Shown here: piece by piece, positions 20,009 through 29,116 of the stretch | How positions within the stretch are numbered: the stretch's first letter is position 1 | Layout: each line of letters begins with the position of its first letter | From: Piscinibacter gummiphilus | Lineage (GTDB): Bacteria; Pseudomonadota; Gammaproteobacteria; Burkholderiales; Burkholderiaceae_C | Assembly: GCF_002116905.1 (NCBI RefSeq) | Contig: NZ_CP015118.1 | Span: 4,548,351 to 4,612,350 of the forward strand | Direction of reading: 5' to 3' | Length of the DNA stretch: 64,000 nucleotides | The notes under the pieces: model-generated | Told to the model about the DNA's origin: nothing | The model's input: only the letters and a program-made list of their open reading frames with translations | The model's database searches: none | Translations under genes and position numbers: made by a program

Positions 20009-20938
20009 ATGAAGAGGCATGTGGTGCGGCTGGCGCACGAGATCTCGCACGTCACGGGCATGGCCCTGCGCAAGGCGCGGGCCATCAGGCAGCCGCGGGT
20101 GCTGATGTACCACACCGTGGACCCCGAGGGCATTCCAACGGACGTCTTCAGGGCGCAGCTCGACGTCATCCGCCGGGAATTCGAACCCATCTCTCTGCCC
20201 ACGCTGCTCTCCCGGTACCGCGACGGCCGCTGCACGGGCCGCGAGGTCGCCCTCACCTTCGACGACGGGGTCCGCAACCACCTGAGCACCGCCTACCCGT
20301 TGCTGCGGGAAGCGGACGTTCCCGCCACGTTTTTCCTCTGCTCCGGCCTGATCGACTCCGGCCAGTGGGTCTGGAACACCGAGGCCCGTGCCCGGCTGCA
20401 GGGCCTGGGTGCGGCCGAACGCAAGGCGCTGGCCACCCGCGAGGGATGGCCGGTCCACGCCGTCGAGGCGCTCGTCGAATGGGCCAAGGGCCTCGCACCG
20501 GACCGGCGCGAGGCGTTCGAGAGTGCCGTGCGCGCCCACACGCCGGCGTTCGAGCCCACGCCGATGCAGCAGGACCTGTTCGCCCCGATGACGTGGGACG
20601 AGGTTCATTCGCTGGATCCGGCCCTCATCACGATCGGCAGCCACACGGTGTCCCACCCCATCCTGACCACGCTGTCGGCCCGGGAGCAGACCGAGGAGCT
20701 GACGGCGAGCCGCGCCCGGCTCGAGGCGCAGCTCGGCCGCGAGGTCGACATCTTCTGCTACCCGAATGGCGACTCGGATCCGGCCGTGGTCGAGGCCGTG
20801 CGCAAGTCCTACCGCTGGGCGGTGACCACCGAGGAGTCCTTCTGGGGGCCGGGCCACGACCTGTGCCGGCTGCCCCGGATCCCGGCGGCACCGCACCACG
20901 CCTTGTTCGTGCGGCGGATGCACAAGCCCACCTCCTGA
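20009..20938 (+). CDS. polysaccharide deacetylase (CE4/NodB family)
   Basis: LMYHTV...ALTFDDGVRNH (TFDDG motif I) ... FFLCSG ... IGSHTVSHPIL (motif II with catalytic His); 310 aa, starts 100 bp after tRNA-Arg. Confidence 0.8.
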   Translation: MKRHVVRLAHEISHVTGMALRKARAIRQPRVLMYHTVDPEGIPTDVFRAQLDVIRREFEPISLPTLLSRYRDGRCTGREVALTFDDGVRNHLSTAYPLLREADVPATFFLCSGLIDSGQWVWNTEARARLQGLGAAERKALATREGWPVHAVEALVEWAKGLAPDRREAFESAVRAHTPAFEPTPMQQDLFAPMTWDEVHSLDPALITIGSHTVSHPILTTLSAREQTEELTASRARLEAQLGREVDIFCYPNGDSDPAVVEAVRKSYRWAVTTEESFWGPGHDLCRLPRIPAAPHHALFVRRMHKPTS

Positions 20939-22662
20939 TGAGCACGCCCACCCGCCCCGCCCCACGGGCCGTGGCCCTGGTCCTCGACGGCCACAGCCGC
21001 GCGGCCGCCGAGACCGTGCTGGCCCTGCCCCGCGACGTCGAGGTCCACGTGTCGGCCGCGTCGGACGACTGCCTGTGTTTCGCCTCGCCCCGCGTGGCGC
21101 AGCGCCTGAGGCAGCCCGCCGACCCCGCCGAGTTCCTCGTGTGGCTGCAACAGCTGGACGCGCAGCACGGCTACGCCCTGATCGTGCCGGTCACGGAAAC
21201 CTCGCTGATCGCGCTCAAGTCGCACGCCGTGCCCGCGGCCCTGCGCGCGAAGGCCGTCATCGGCGACGAGGCCTCGATCGACGTGGCCCTGAGCAAGGAC
21301 CACACGGTGCGCGTGGCCGAAGGCCTGGGCATCCGCGTGCCGAAGGGCCGGCTGGTCACGGACGCAGCCGCAGTGACCACGGCCGCCTCGTTCCCCGCGG
21401 TGGTCAAGCCGGTGCACAGCAAGGTGCGCATCGACGGCCACCTGCGCACGATCGAGGCTCGCATCTGCGCCGACGAGCAGGCCCGCCAGGCCGCGTTCCG
21501 CGAGATGCTGCCGCACACCCCGGTGGTCGAGCAGGAATACTTCGCGGGCCGTGGCGTGGGCGTGGAGGCCCTCTTCGAACACGGCGAGCCGCGCTGGGTC
21601 TTCGCCCACGAACGGCTCCACGAGATGCCGCTCACCGGCGGCGCCAGCACGTACCGGCGCGCCATCGAGCCGCCGGCCGCGGTGCGCGAGGCCGCCCTCG
21701 CCCTGCTGCGCCACCTGCGCTGGCACGGCGTCGCGATGGTCGAGTTCAAGGTCTCGCCCGACGGGCAGGACTACCGCCTGATCGAGATCAACCCGCGCCT
21801 GTGGGGATCGCTGCCGCTCGCCGTGGGCGCCGGCGTCAACTTCCCGCTGGGCCTGCTGCGGCTGGCCACCGGCACGCCCGTGGGCCCGCAGCCCCGGCCC
21901 ACGCGCTGCCGCTACATGCGCCACGTGTCGAACGACGTGCGCTGGTTCGTGCAGTCGTGGAAACGGCGCCACGACCCCCTGCTGGTCAAGCGACTGGACG
22001 CCGGGGACTTCCTCGGCCTGCTGCGCCCGCTGTGGGGCGCCGAGCGCTGGGACCTCTTCCGCTGGAACGACCGCACCCTGTGGTGGGCCGCCACGCGCGA
22101 CCTGTTCCAGGGCATCACGAACCGACTGAACCGCTGGCGCGCCGGCCGCGCCGCCCGCGCGAACTGGTCGCGGCTCGCGCCGGACTGGCGCGCCGGCCGC
22201 ATCGAGCGCGTGCTGGTGCTCTGCTACGGCAACATCTGCCGCAGCCCCGTGGTGGGCCTGATGCTCGCCGACGCGCTGCCGGGCGTGCAGGTGCGCAGCG
22301 CCGGCATGCACCCGAAGACCGGCCGCACGTCGCCCGCGGCGTGGGCCGAGACGGTGCGGGACACGCTGTCGGTGGACCTCGCCGACCACCGCTCGCAGCA
22401 GGCGGGCGAGGCCGACATGGCCTGGGCCCAGCTGGTGATCGCGATGGACACCGAGAACTGGGAGGCCATCGAGCGGACGTTCCCCACGCACCTGCCGCGG
22501 GTCACGCTGCTGTCGGCGATGGCGGAACAGGGAGGTGGCAGCGAGGTGCCCGACCCCTACAACAAGCCGGGGCCGGAGATGCGCGCGATCGCGGAGACCA
22601 TTCGCCGCTGCGTGAGCCGCGCGATCGGTGCGTTCCCGCTGCGCCCGGGATCCCCGGGCTGA
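20938..22662 (+). CDS. ATP-grasp domain protein fused to a low-molecular-weight protein-tyrosine phosphatase
   Basis: N-terminal ATP-grasp core: PAVVKP ... EQEYFAGRGVGVEAL ... HGVAMVEFKV ... YRLIEINPRLWGS. C-terminal VLVLCYGNICRSPVVGLML is the LMW-PTP P-loop C(X)5R(S). The ATG overlaps the deacetylase stop (ATGA). Confidence 0.7.
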   Translation: MSTPTRPAPRAVALVLDGHSRAAAETVLALPRDVEVHVSAASDDCLCFASPRVAQRLRQPADPAEFLVWLQQLDAQHGYALIVPVTETSLIALKSHAVPAALRAKAVIGDEASIDVALSKDHTVRVAEGLGIRVPKGRLVTDAAAVTTAASFPAVVKPVHSKVRIDGHLRTIEARICADEQARQAAFREMLPHTPVVEQEYFAGRGVGVEALFEHGEPRWVFAHERLHEMPLTGGASTYRRAIEPPAAVREAALALLRHLRWHGVAMVEFKVSPDGQDYRLIEINPRLWGSLPLAVGAGVNFPLGLLRLATGTPVGPQPRPTRCRYMRHVSNDVRWFVQSWKRRHDPLLVKRLDAGDFLGLLRPLWGAERWDLFRWNDRTLWWAATRDLFQGITNRLNRWRAGRAARANWSRLAPDWRAGRIERVLVLCYGNICRSPVVGLMLADALPGVQVRSAGMHPKTGRTSPAAWAETVRDTLSVDLADHRSQQAGEADMAWAQLVIAMDTENWEAIERTFPTHLPRVTLLSAMAEQGGGSEVPDPYNKPGPEMRAIAETIRRCVSRAIGAFPLRPGSPG

Positions 22663-22677
22663 CCTGACCGCGGGGCC

Positions 22678-23163
22678 TCAGGAGGGCCGCTGGTCGAGCG
22701 TGGGGCCGTCGCCGCGCAGCAGGCGGCCCAGGGCGGGTTCCGGGAGCTTGTCGCCGAGCGGGATCGCATCGGGCGCGCCCACGTCGGAAAGGGCCCGGGC
22801 CGGCACGTTCTGCCGCAGTTCGCGCGGATCGAGTTCGGATTCGGCGGCGATGGCGTCGTCGTAGGCTGCTTCGACCGACACCTCGCCCACGGCGGAGGCG
22901 AACAGGGTCTTGAGCAGCCAGGCGACCCCGAGGAAAAGCCCGATGCCGATCACGGCGAAGGCCGTGAGCAGCACGCCGTGCACCCACGGCGTGGTGAAGA
23001 AGGCGAAGCCGGCCGCGGCGACCAGGCCCGCGACGGCGATGCCGCCACGCGCCCCGGGACCGAAGAAGTCGCCGATCACCAGCGCGTAGCAGATGAGGAA
23101 GGCCACGGCAAACAAGTACTGCAAGACACCCATCGATTCAAGACTGTGGTGAAGCTCGCTCAT
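22678..23163 (-). CDS. hypothetical membrane protein
   Basis: Two to three hydrophobic helices (VLQYLFAVAFLICYALVIGDFF..., GLVAAAGFAFFTTPWVHGVLLTAFAVIGIGLFLGVAWLL) followed by an acidic tail. Start at MSELHH (internal to the track ORF). Confidence 0.5.
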   Translation of the reverse strand: MSELHHSLESMGVLQYLFAVAFLICYALVIGDFFGPGARGGIAVAGLVAAAGFAFFTTPWVHGVLLTAFAVIGIGLFLGVAWLLKTLFASAVGEVSVEAAYDDAIAAESELDPRELRQNVPARALSDVGAPDAIPLGDKLPEPALGRLLRGDGPTLDQRPS

Positions 23164-23525
23164 GTGGCACCCGGTGGAACGTAAAACGTTGTGACGCGAT
23201 GCCATGGTGCCATCCGGCGACGAGGTCGAACGTGACAAAACCCCCTGTTTCCCCTTGGTTATGGGGGTCTCGCCACACAGCGTTCTTCGCCACGGTCAAA
23301 CATCACGGGTTTCCGGATCCACCGCGCCCCTGGCGAAGCGGCCACGCAACACCCCGAAACGGGGTCGACACACGCAGCAACACAGCAGTCTCCCACGCCG
23401 CCGCTGCTCGCAAATACGGTGAAACTTCCGGTCTCCTTCCCCCTCAAAACGGGGGTCCCGCGTCATATACTGAAATCGATTCTTTTTTGGGGTTTGCCGG
23501 TCATCCGGCCAGGAGCAGGTCATCT

Positions 23526-25025
23526 ATGGGTTCGAAATTGAAGGTTGCCGGCTGGATCTCGCTCGGTGCGGTGGCCGGGGCGTTGACCACCATGCAGCTC
23601 CAGGCGACGGCCCGCAACACCGCGGCGCAGTTCCCCCTCGAGGAAATCCAGCAGCTCTCGAACGTCTTCGAACTCGTCAAGAGCACCTACGTGGTGCCCG
23701 TCGATGAGAAGAAGCTGATCACCGATGCCATCGGCGGCATGGTGGCGGGCCTCGATCCGCACAGCCAGTACATCGAGCAGAAGAACGTCAAGGAGTTCTC
23801 CGAGAGCATCACCGGCCGCTTCGTCGGGGTCGGCATCGAGATCGGCATGGAAGACGGCCTCGTGAAGGTCATCACCCCCATCGAAGGCTCTCCCGCCTAC
23901 AAGGCCGGCATCAAGAGCGGCGACCTCATCACGAAGGTCGACGACACCCAGGTCAAGGGCCTCACCGTCGAGCAGGCGGTGAAGAAGATGCGCGGTGAAC
24001 CGAACACGAAGGTCGTGCTCACGATCTTCCGCAAGACCGAGTCGCGCACCTTCACCGTGCCCATCATCCGCGCCGAGATCCAGGCGCAGAGCGTGCGCGC
24101 GAAGGTCGTCGAACCCGGCTACGCGTGGCTGCAGGTTCGCCAGTTCCAGGACAAGACCGTCGAGGACTTCGTCTCCAAGATCGAGGCCATCTACAAGGAA
24201 GACCCGAAGCTCAAGGGCCTCGTGCTCGACCTGCGCAACGACCCGGGCGGCTCCGTCGTCGCGTCCGTCGCCATCGCGGCGGCCTTCCTGCAGCCCGAGG
24301 TGGTGGTGGTCTCCACGAAGGGCCAGCTCGCCGCGTCGAAGTCGGTGCTGCGCGCCACGCCGAAGGACTACCTCTACTACGAAGGCCGCGGCCTGCTGCG
24401 CTCGCTGCCGCCGGACCCGCTGCGCCGCCTGCCCGACGCCGTGAAGTCGGTGCCCATGGTGGTGCTCGTCAACGAAGGGTCGGCTTCCGCGAGCGAGATC
24501 GTCGCGGGCGCGCTGCAGGACCACAAGCGCGCCACCGTGATGGGCGCGCAGACCTTCGGCAAGGGATCGGTGCAGACGCTGATGTGCCTCGGTGCCGAGC
24601 CGCAGCGCATCGACAAGTGCCCGAGCGCCGCCATCAAGATCACCACCGCGCGCTACTACACGCCGGCCGACCGCTCCATCCAGGCCAAGGGCATCGTGCC
24701 CGACATCATGCTGGACGAGACCGCCGACGGCCCGCTGTACTCCGCGCTGCGCACCCGCGAGGCCGACCTCGACAAGCACCTGCAAAGCGGCCAGGGCGTG
24801 GAAGAGAAGGACGTCGCCCGCGAAAAGGCCCGCGAGGAAGCCCGCAAGCGCTACGAGGAAGAAGCCGCGAAGGCCGGCAAGTCGCCGCTGAAGCAGCCGC
24901 CCGAACTCGGCAGCCCGGAAGACTTCCCGCTGATGCAGGCGCTGAACCAGCTGAAGAACAAGCCGGTGCAGGTCTCGAAGACGGCGACGGAACGCAAGCC
25001 CGACGAAGACACCAAGACGAACTGA
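23526..25025 (+). CDS. carboxyl-terminal processing protease (S41A, PDZ domain)
   Basis: N-terminal signal anchor, PDZ segment GVGIEIGMEDGLVKVITPIEGSPAYKAGIKSGDLI, S41 core LVLDLRNDPGGS ... NEGSASASEIVAGAL ... K catalytic dyad region; 499 aa. Confidence 0.85.
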   Translation: MGSKLKVAGWISLGAVAGALTTMQLQATARNTAAQFPLEEIQQLSNVFELVKSTYVVPVDEKKLITDAIGGMVAGLDPHSQYIEQKNVKEFSESITGRFVGVGIEIGMEDGLVKVITPIEGSPAYKAGIKSGDLITKVDDTQVKGLTVEQAVKKMRGEPNTKVVLTIFRKTESRTFTVPIIRAEIQAQSVRAKVVEPGYAWLQVRQFQDKTVEDFVSKIEAIYKEDPKLKGLVLDLRNDPGGSVVASVAIAAAFLQPEVVVVSTKGQLAASKSVLRATPKDYLYYEGRGLLRSLPPDPLRRLPDAVKSVPMVVLVNEGSASASEIVAGALQDHKRATVMGAQTFGKGSVQTLMCLGAEPQRIDKCPSAAIKITTARYYTPADRSIQAKGIVPDIMLDETADGPLYSALRTREADLDKHLQSGQGVEEKDVAREKAREEARKRYEEEAAKAGKSPLKQPPELGSPEDFPLMQALNQLKNKPVQVSKTATERKPDEDTKTN

Positions 25026-25045
25026 CACATCGCAACAGGAAGCAT

Positions 25046-25134
25046 GTCATCCCGGCGCAGGCCGGGACCCTGTGCTTCCTTCGACGGACGAGCCTTCGAC
25101 CACCGCCCAAGGTCCCGGCCTTCGCCGGGATGAC
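25046..25134. repeat. REP/BIME-like inverted repeat pair (family copy 3)
   Basis: GTCATCCCGGCGCAGGCCGGGAC at 25046-25068 and GTCCCGGCCTTCGCCGGGATGAC at 25112-25134, mutually inverted. Same core as the copies at 5680 and 11958. Confidence 0.6.
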
Positions 25135-25158
25135 CGCGGTGGTGGTGAACCCATCGAG

Positions 25159-25917
25159 ATGGACGACAACCAGCTCCTCCGCTACTCCCGGCACATCCTG
25201 CTCGACGAAGTCGGCATCGAGGGCCAGCAGCGCCTCCTCGCCTCCCACGCCCTCGTGATCGGTGCCGGCGGCCTCGGCTCGCCGGTCGCGCTGTACCTCG
25301 GCACCGCCGGGGTCGGCCGCATCACCCTCGTCGACCATGACACGGTCGACCTCACGAACCTGCAGCGGCAGATCGCGCACGACCTCTCGCGCGTGGGCCG
25401 GCCCAAGGTCGAGTCCGCGGCGCAGGCCATCCACGCGATCAACCCCGACGTGCAGGTCGTCGCGCTGCAGGAGCGTGCCGACGCGGTCCGCCTCGCCGAA
25501 CTCGTGGCCTCGGCGGACGTGGTGCTCGACTGCACCGACAACTTCGCCACCCGCCAGGCCCTCAACGCCGCGTGCGTGCGCCACCGCAAGCCGCTGGTGT
25601 CGGGCGCGGCGATCCGCTTCGACGCGCAGGTGTCCGTGTTCGACTCGCGGAACCCCGAGGCGCCCTGCTACGCCTGCGTGTTCCCGCCCGACCATCCGGC
25701 CGAGGAAACGAACTGCGCCACGATGGGTGTGTGGGCCCCGCTCGTGGGCATCATCGGCAGCCTGCAGGCGGCCGAGGCGCTCAAGCTGCTGGCGGGCGTG
25801 GGCACGTCGCTTGCAGGTCGATTGCAGATGCTCGATGCGCGCGACATGACCTGGACCGAGATCCGCGCGCCGCGAGACCCCGAGTGCCCGGTTTGCGGTC
25901 CGCATCCGGCGCGTTAA
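25159..25917 (+). CDS. moeB: molybdopterin-synthase adenylyltransferase (MoeB/ThiF family)
   Basis: RYSRHILLDEVGIEGQQRL...VIGAGGLGSPVALYLGTAGVG (nucleotide-binding Gly motif) and a C-terminal CxxC...CPVCG zinc motif; 252 aa. The track ORF has 29 extra N-terminal residues. Confidence 0.8.
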   Translation: MDDNQLLRYSRHILLDEVGIEGQQRLLASHALVIGAGGLGSPVALYLGTAGVGRITLVDHDTVDLTNLQRQIAHDLSRVGRPKVESAAQAIHAINPDVQVVALQERADAVRLAELVASADVVLDCTDNFATRQALNAACVRHRKPLVSGAAIRFDAQVSVFDSRNPEAPCYACVFPPDHPAEETNCATMGVWAPLVGIIGSLQAAEALKLLAGVGTSLAGRLQMLDARDMTWTEIRAPRDPECPVCGPHPAR

Positions 25918-25927
25918 GCTGTGACCC

Positions 25928-26830
25928 ATGAACAAACGTTCCGACCTGACCGCACGCAACTTCCCTTCGGCCCAGCAGGAGGCCGGCAAGGCCGTCCCGC
26001 AGACCAACTACGACGGCCCTGAAAGCGCCTACCGCCTCGCCTTCACCGACACCGATTTCCTGCTGCGCCAGGAACTGCGCCCGGTGCGCATGCAGCTCGA
26101 GCTGCTCAAGCCCGAGATGCAGCAGCAGGAACTGGGCATCGAGAGCACCATCGTCATCTTCGGCAGCGCCCGCATCGTGCCGCGCGACACGGCCGAACGC
26201 CTCGTCGCCGACGCCACCTCGGCCGGCAACCCCACCGCGCTCGCCATCGCGAACCGCCACCTGGTGATGTCGCGCTACTACGAGGAAGCCCGCCGCTTCG
26301 CCGAGATCGTCACCACCCGCTCGCGGTCGATGACCACGCCGCTGTACGTCGTCACCGGCGGCGGCCCCGGCATCATGGAAGCGGGCAACCGCGGCGCGTT
26401 CGAGGTGGGCGGCAAGAGCATCGGCCTGAACATCGTGCTGCCGCACGAGCAGGCGCCGAACCCGTACATCACGCCGGAGCTGTGCTTCCAGTTCCACTAC
26501 TTCGGCCTGCGCAAGATGCACTTCCTGATGCGCTCCATCGGGCTCGTGTGTTTCCCGGGCGGCTTCGGCACGCTCGACGAAATGTTCGAGGTCATGACGC
26601 TGATGCAGACGGGCAAGTGCCGCCGCCGCCCCATCCTGCTGTTCGGCAAGGAGTTCTGGACGAAGCTCATCAACTTCGACTGGCTCGTCGAAACGGGCAT
26701 GATCAGCGAACTCGACCTGCAGCTGTTCAAGTTCGTCGAGACGGCCGAGGAAGCGTGGGACATCCTCGACGCCGAATACGGCTTCAGCCTGCACGAGAAT
26801 GAGAAGGGCGGCGCGTCCGCCGACATCTGA
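25928..26830 (+). CDS. LOG family protein (Rossmann-fold nucleotide/nucleoside phosphoribohydrolase-like)
   Basis: VVTGGGPGIMEAGNRGA ... GGFGTLDEMFE, the characteristic LOG/TIGR00730 motifs (GGGxGxM and PGGxGTxxE). Confidence 0.8.
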   Translation: MNKRSDLTARNFPSAQQEAGKAVPQTNYDGPESAYRLAFTDTDFLLRQELRPVRMQLELLKPEMQQQELGIESTIVIFGSARIVPRDTAERLVADATSAGNPTALAIANRHLVMSRYYEEARRFAEIVTTRSRSMTTPLYVVTGGGPGIMEAGNRGAFEVGGKSIGLNIVLPHEQAPNPYITPELCFQFHYFGLRKMHFLMRSIGLVCFPGGFGTLDEMFEVMTLMQTGKCRRRPILLFGKEFWTKLINFDWLVETGMISELDLQLFKFVETAEEAWDILDAEYGFSLHENEKGGASADI

Positions 26831-26876
26831 TCCCGTCCGTCAACCACCTCAGGCATCGCCTGGAAAGGGGCCCGCG

Positions 26877-27797
26877 ATGAACCAGCCAGTCAGCCTCATC
26901 GGCGCCCCCACCGACGTAGGCGCGGGCACCCGCGGGTCCAGCATGGGCCCCGAGGCGCTGCGGGTCGCCAACATCGGCCCGGTGCTCGCCAGCCACGACC
27001 TGGACGTGGCAGACCGCGGCAACCTCTCCGGCCCGCCCAACCCCAACCTGCCGCCCGTCGACGGCTACCGGCACCTCGCCGAGGTGCAGGCCTGGAACAT
27101 CGCGGTGCACGATGCCGTGTACGCCGAGCTCGCGCTCGGCCGCCGCCCCATCCTGCTCGGCGGCGACCACTGCCTCGGCATCGGGTCCATCAGCGCGGTG
27201 GCGCGGTACTGCCGCGAGCAGAACCGCAAGCTGCGCATCCTCTGGCTCGACGCCCACGCCGACTTCAACACGCAGACCCTGACCCCGAGCGGCAACCTGC
27301 ACGGCATGCCGGTGGCCTGCCTGTGCGGCCACGGCCCGAAGGAGCTCGTCGAGATCGGCGGCCACGTGCCGGCCATCAGCCCGAAGTGGGTGCGGCAGAT
27401 CGGCATCCGCAGCGTCGACCAGGGCGAGAAGCGGTTCGTGCACGAGATGGACCTCGAGGTCTTCGACATGCGCTACATCGACGAGATGGGCATGCGCCAC
27501 ACGATGGAGATCGCGCTCGCCACGCTCGACGCCAACACCCACCTGCACGTGAGCTTCGACGTCGACTTCCTCGACGCCGAGGTGGCCCCCGGCGTGGGCA
27601 CCACCGTGCGCGGCGGCCCCACGTACCGCGAGGCCCAGCTCTGCATGGAGATGATCGCGGACACCGGCCGCCTCGGCTCGCTCGACGTGATGGAACTCAA
27701 CCCCGCGCTCGACGTGCGCAACAAGACCGCCGAGGTCGCCGTCGACCTCATCGAAAGCCTCTTCGGCAAGAGCACGCTGATGCGCACCCGCCCATGA
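26877..27797 (+). CDS. arginase
   Basis: Ureohydrolase motifs GGDHCLGIG, DAHADFNT, SFDVDFLD (Mn-binding Asp/His clusters); 306 aa. Confidence 0.85.
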   Translation: MNQPVSLIGAPTDVGAGTRGSSMGPEALRVANIGPVLASHDLDVADRGNLSGPPNPNLPPVDGYRHLAEVQAWNIAVHDAVYAELALGRRPILLGGDHCLGIGSISAVARYCREQNRKLRILWLDAHADFNTQTLTPSGNLHGMPVACLCGHGPKELVEIGGHVPAISPKWVRQIGIRSVDQGEKRFVHEMDLEVFDMRYIDEMGMRHTMEIALATLDANTHLHVSFDVDFLDAEVAPGVGTTVRGGPTYREAQLCMEMIADTGRLGSLDVMELNPALDVRNKTAEVAVDLIESLFGKSTLMRTRP

Positions 27798-28576
27798 CCC
27801 CGGCCCTGAAAGAGCGCCGCAAGGTCGCCGTCGTCACCGGATCCTCCTCGGGCATCGGCGCCGCCACCGCCCGCCTCTACGCGCGCAACGGCTGGAACGT
27901 CGTCGTCAACTTCTCGCGCAAGCCCGAACCCGCGGAGGCGGTCGCCGCCGAATGCCGGGCGTTCGGCGTCGAGGCACTCGTGGTGCAGGCCGACATCGCC
28001 TCGGAGGCCGACTGCCGGCGCGTCGCCACGGAAGCCGAAGCCGCGTGGGGGCGAGTCGACGTGCTCGTGAACAACGCCGGCACCACGAAGTTCGCGCCGC
28101 TGAAGGACCTCGACGCCGTGTCGGCGGAAGACTTCCACGCCATCTACGACGTGAACGTCGTGGGCACGTACCAGATGACCCGCGCGCTCGTGCCGCTGAT
28201 GAAACGCACGCCGGGCGGCGGCATCGTCAACGTCTCGTCCATCGCGTCGATGATGGGCCGCGGCTCGTCCATCGCCTACATGGCCTCGAAGGGTGCGCTC
28301 AACGCGATGACCATCGCCCTCGCGCGCGCACTGGGCCCCGAGCTGCGCGTCAACGCCATCGCCCCCGGTTTCGTCGAGACCCCCTGGCTGCGCGAGGGCC
28401 TGGGCGCCACCGGCTACGAGCAGGCCCAGCGCGCCTACCGCGACACCGCCACGCTCGGCGCCGTCATCCAGCCCGAGGACGTGGCCGACGCCGCGTGGTG
28501 GCTGGGAGCCGGCGCGTCCAAGACCACGGGCGAGGTGATCCTGCTCGACGCGGGGGTGCGGCTGGGCCGGGCCTGA
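27794..28576 (+). CDS. SDR family oxidoreductase
   Basis: TGSSSGIG (TGxxxGxG), NNAG, and YMASKGAL (YxxxK active site). Overlaps the arginase stop (ATGA). Confidence 0.8.
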   Translation: MTPALKERRKVAVVTGSSSGIGAATARLYARNGWNVVVNFSRKPEPAEAVAAECRAFGVEALVVQADIASEADCRRVATEAEAAWGRVDVLVNNAGTTKFAPLKDLDAVSAEDFHAIYDVNVVGTYQMTRALVPLMKRTPGGGIVNVSSIASMMGRGSSIAYMASKGALNAMTIALARALGPELRVNAIAPGFVETPWLREGLGATGYEQAQRAYRDTATLGAVIQPEDVADAAWWLGAGASKTTGEVILLDAGVRLGRA

Positions 28577-28690
28577 GGTCCCCGCCACAACTGCTCACCA
28601 CTCCCCCCCTTCGGAGTGGTTGACATGTTATGTCGCGAGCCCTACGCTGCAACGCATGGGGCCGCGTCGGCTCCTGCAACGAGAGGAGCC

Positions 28691-29107
28691 ATGAAACCAC
28701 TTCACGAGCAGTTGTTTCGCCTCGACGACCACCTCGGTCGCCTGATGGGCAAGGTCGCGGTGCAGCTGCAGCCCATCCCCGGCGAGGTGCCCGTCGTGCA
28801 GGTCAACATCGGCGGCCGCGACGAGCTGCCGATCTTCATCACGCGGTCCGACACGCAGATCCTCTGCCTCTGCTACCTCTGGACCGACGCCGAGGTGAAG
28901 CCCGCGCGCCGCAACGAACTGGCGCAGACGCTGCTCGAACTCAACCCCTCCGTGCCGCTGTCGGCGTTCGGTCGCATCGGTGACCGCTACGTGCTGACCG
29001 GCGCCCTCGCCATCGACGCCCCCGTCGAAGCCGTCGCGCAGGACGTCGCGGTGCTGAGCGACAACGCGCTCGACGCCCTGGACGCCCTGTCCGAGTTCCT
29101 GGAATAG
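28691..29107 (+). CDS. DUF2170 family protein (E. coli YjfI-like)
   Basis: LPIFITRSDTQILCLCYLW ... SVPLSAFGRIG ... YVLTGALAIDAPVEAV ... LSDNALDALDALSEF is collinear with the YjfI pattern (INILFTSRQMIIETFICP ... YIVFGALSL ... LVDNALDLAEI); 138 aa. Confidence 0.7.
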   Translation: MKPLHEQLFRLDDHLGRLMGKVAVQLQPIPGEVPVVQVNIGGRDELPIFITRSDTQILCLCYLWTDAEVKPARRNELAQTLLELNPSVPLSAFGRIGDRYVLTGALAIDAPVEAVAQDVAVLSDNALDALDALSEFLE

Positions 29108-29116
29108 GAGAGCCCC

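Noticed and set aside
20809-22491. 560-aa minus-strand ORF and 530-aa plus-strand alternate frame (21075..22667)
   Set aside because: They are antisense or out-of-frame to the ATP-grasp::LMW-PTP gene, whose motifs occur only in frame 20938-22662.
19909-22678. Calling the tRNA-Arg-adjacent segment a genomic island or mobile element
   Set aside because: No integrase, transposase, phage gene or obvious direct repeat of the tRNA 3-prime end was found in the window. It is kept as a finding about the unusual gene pair only.
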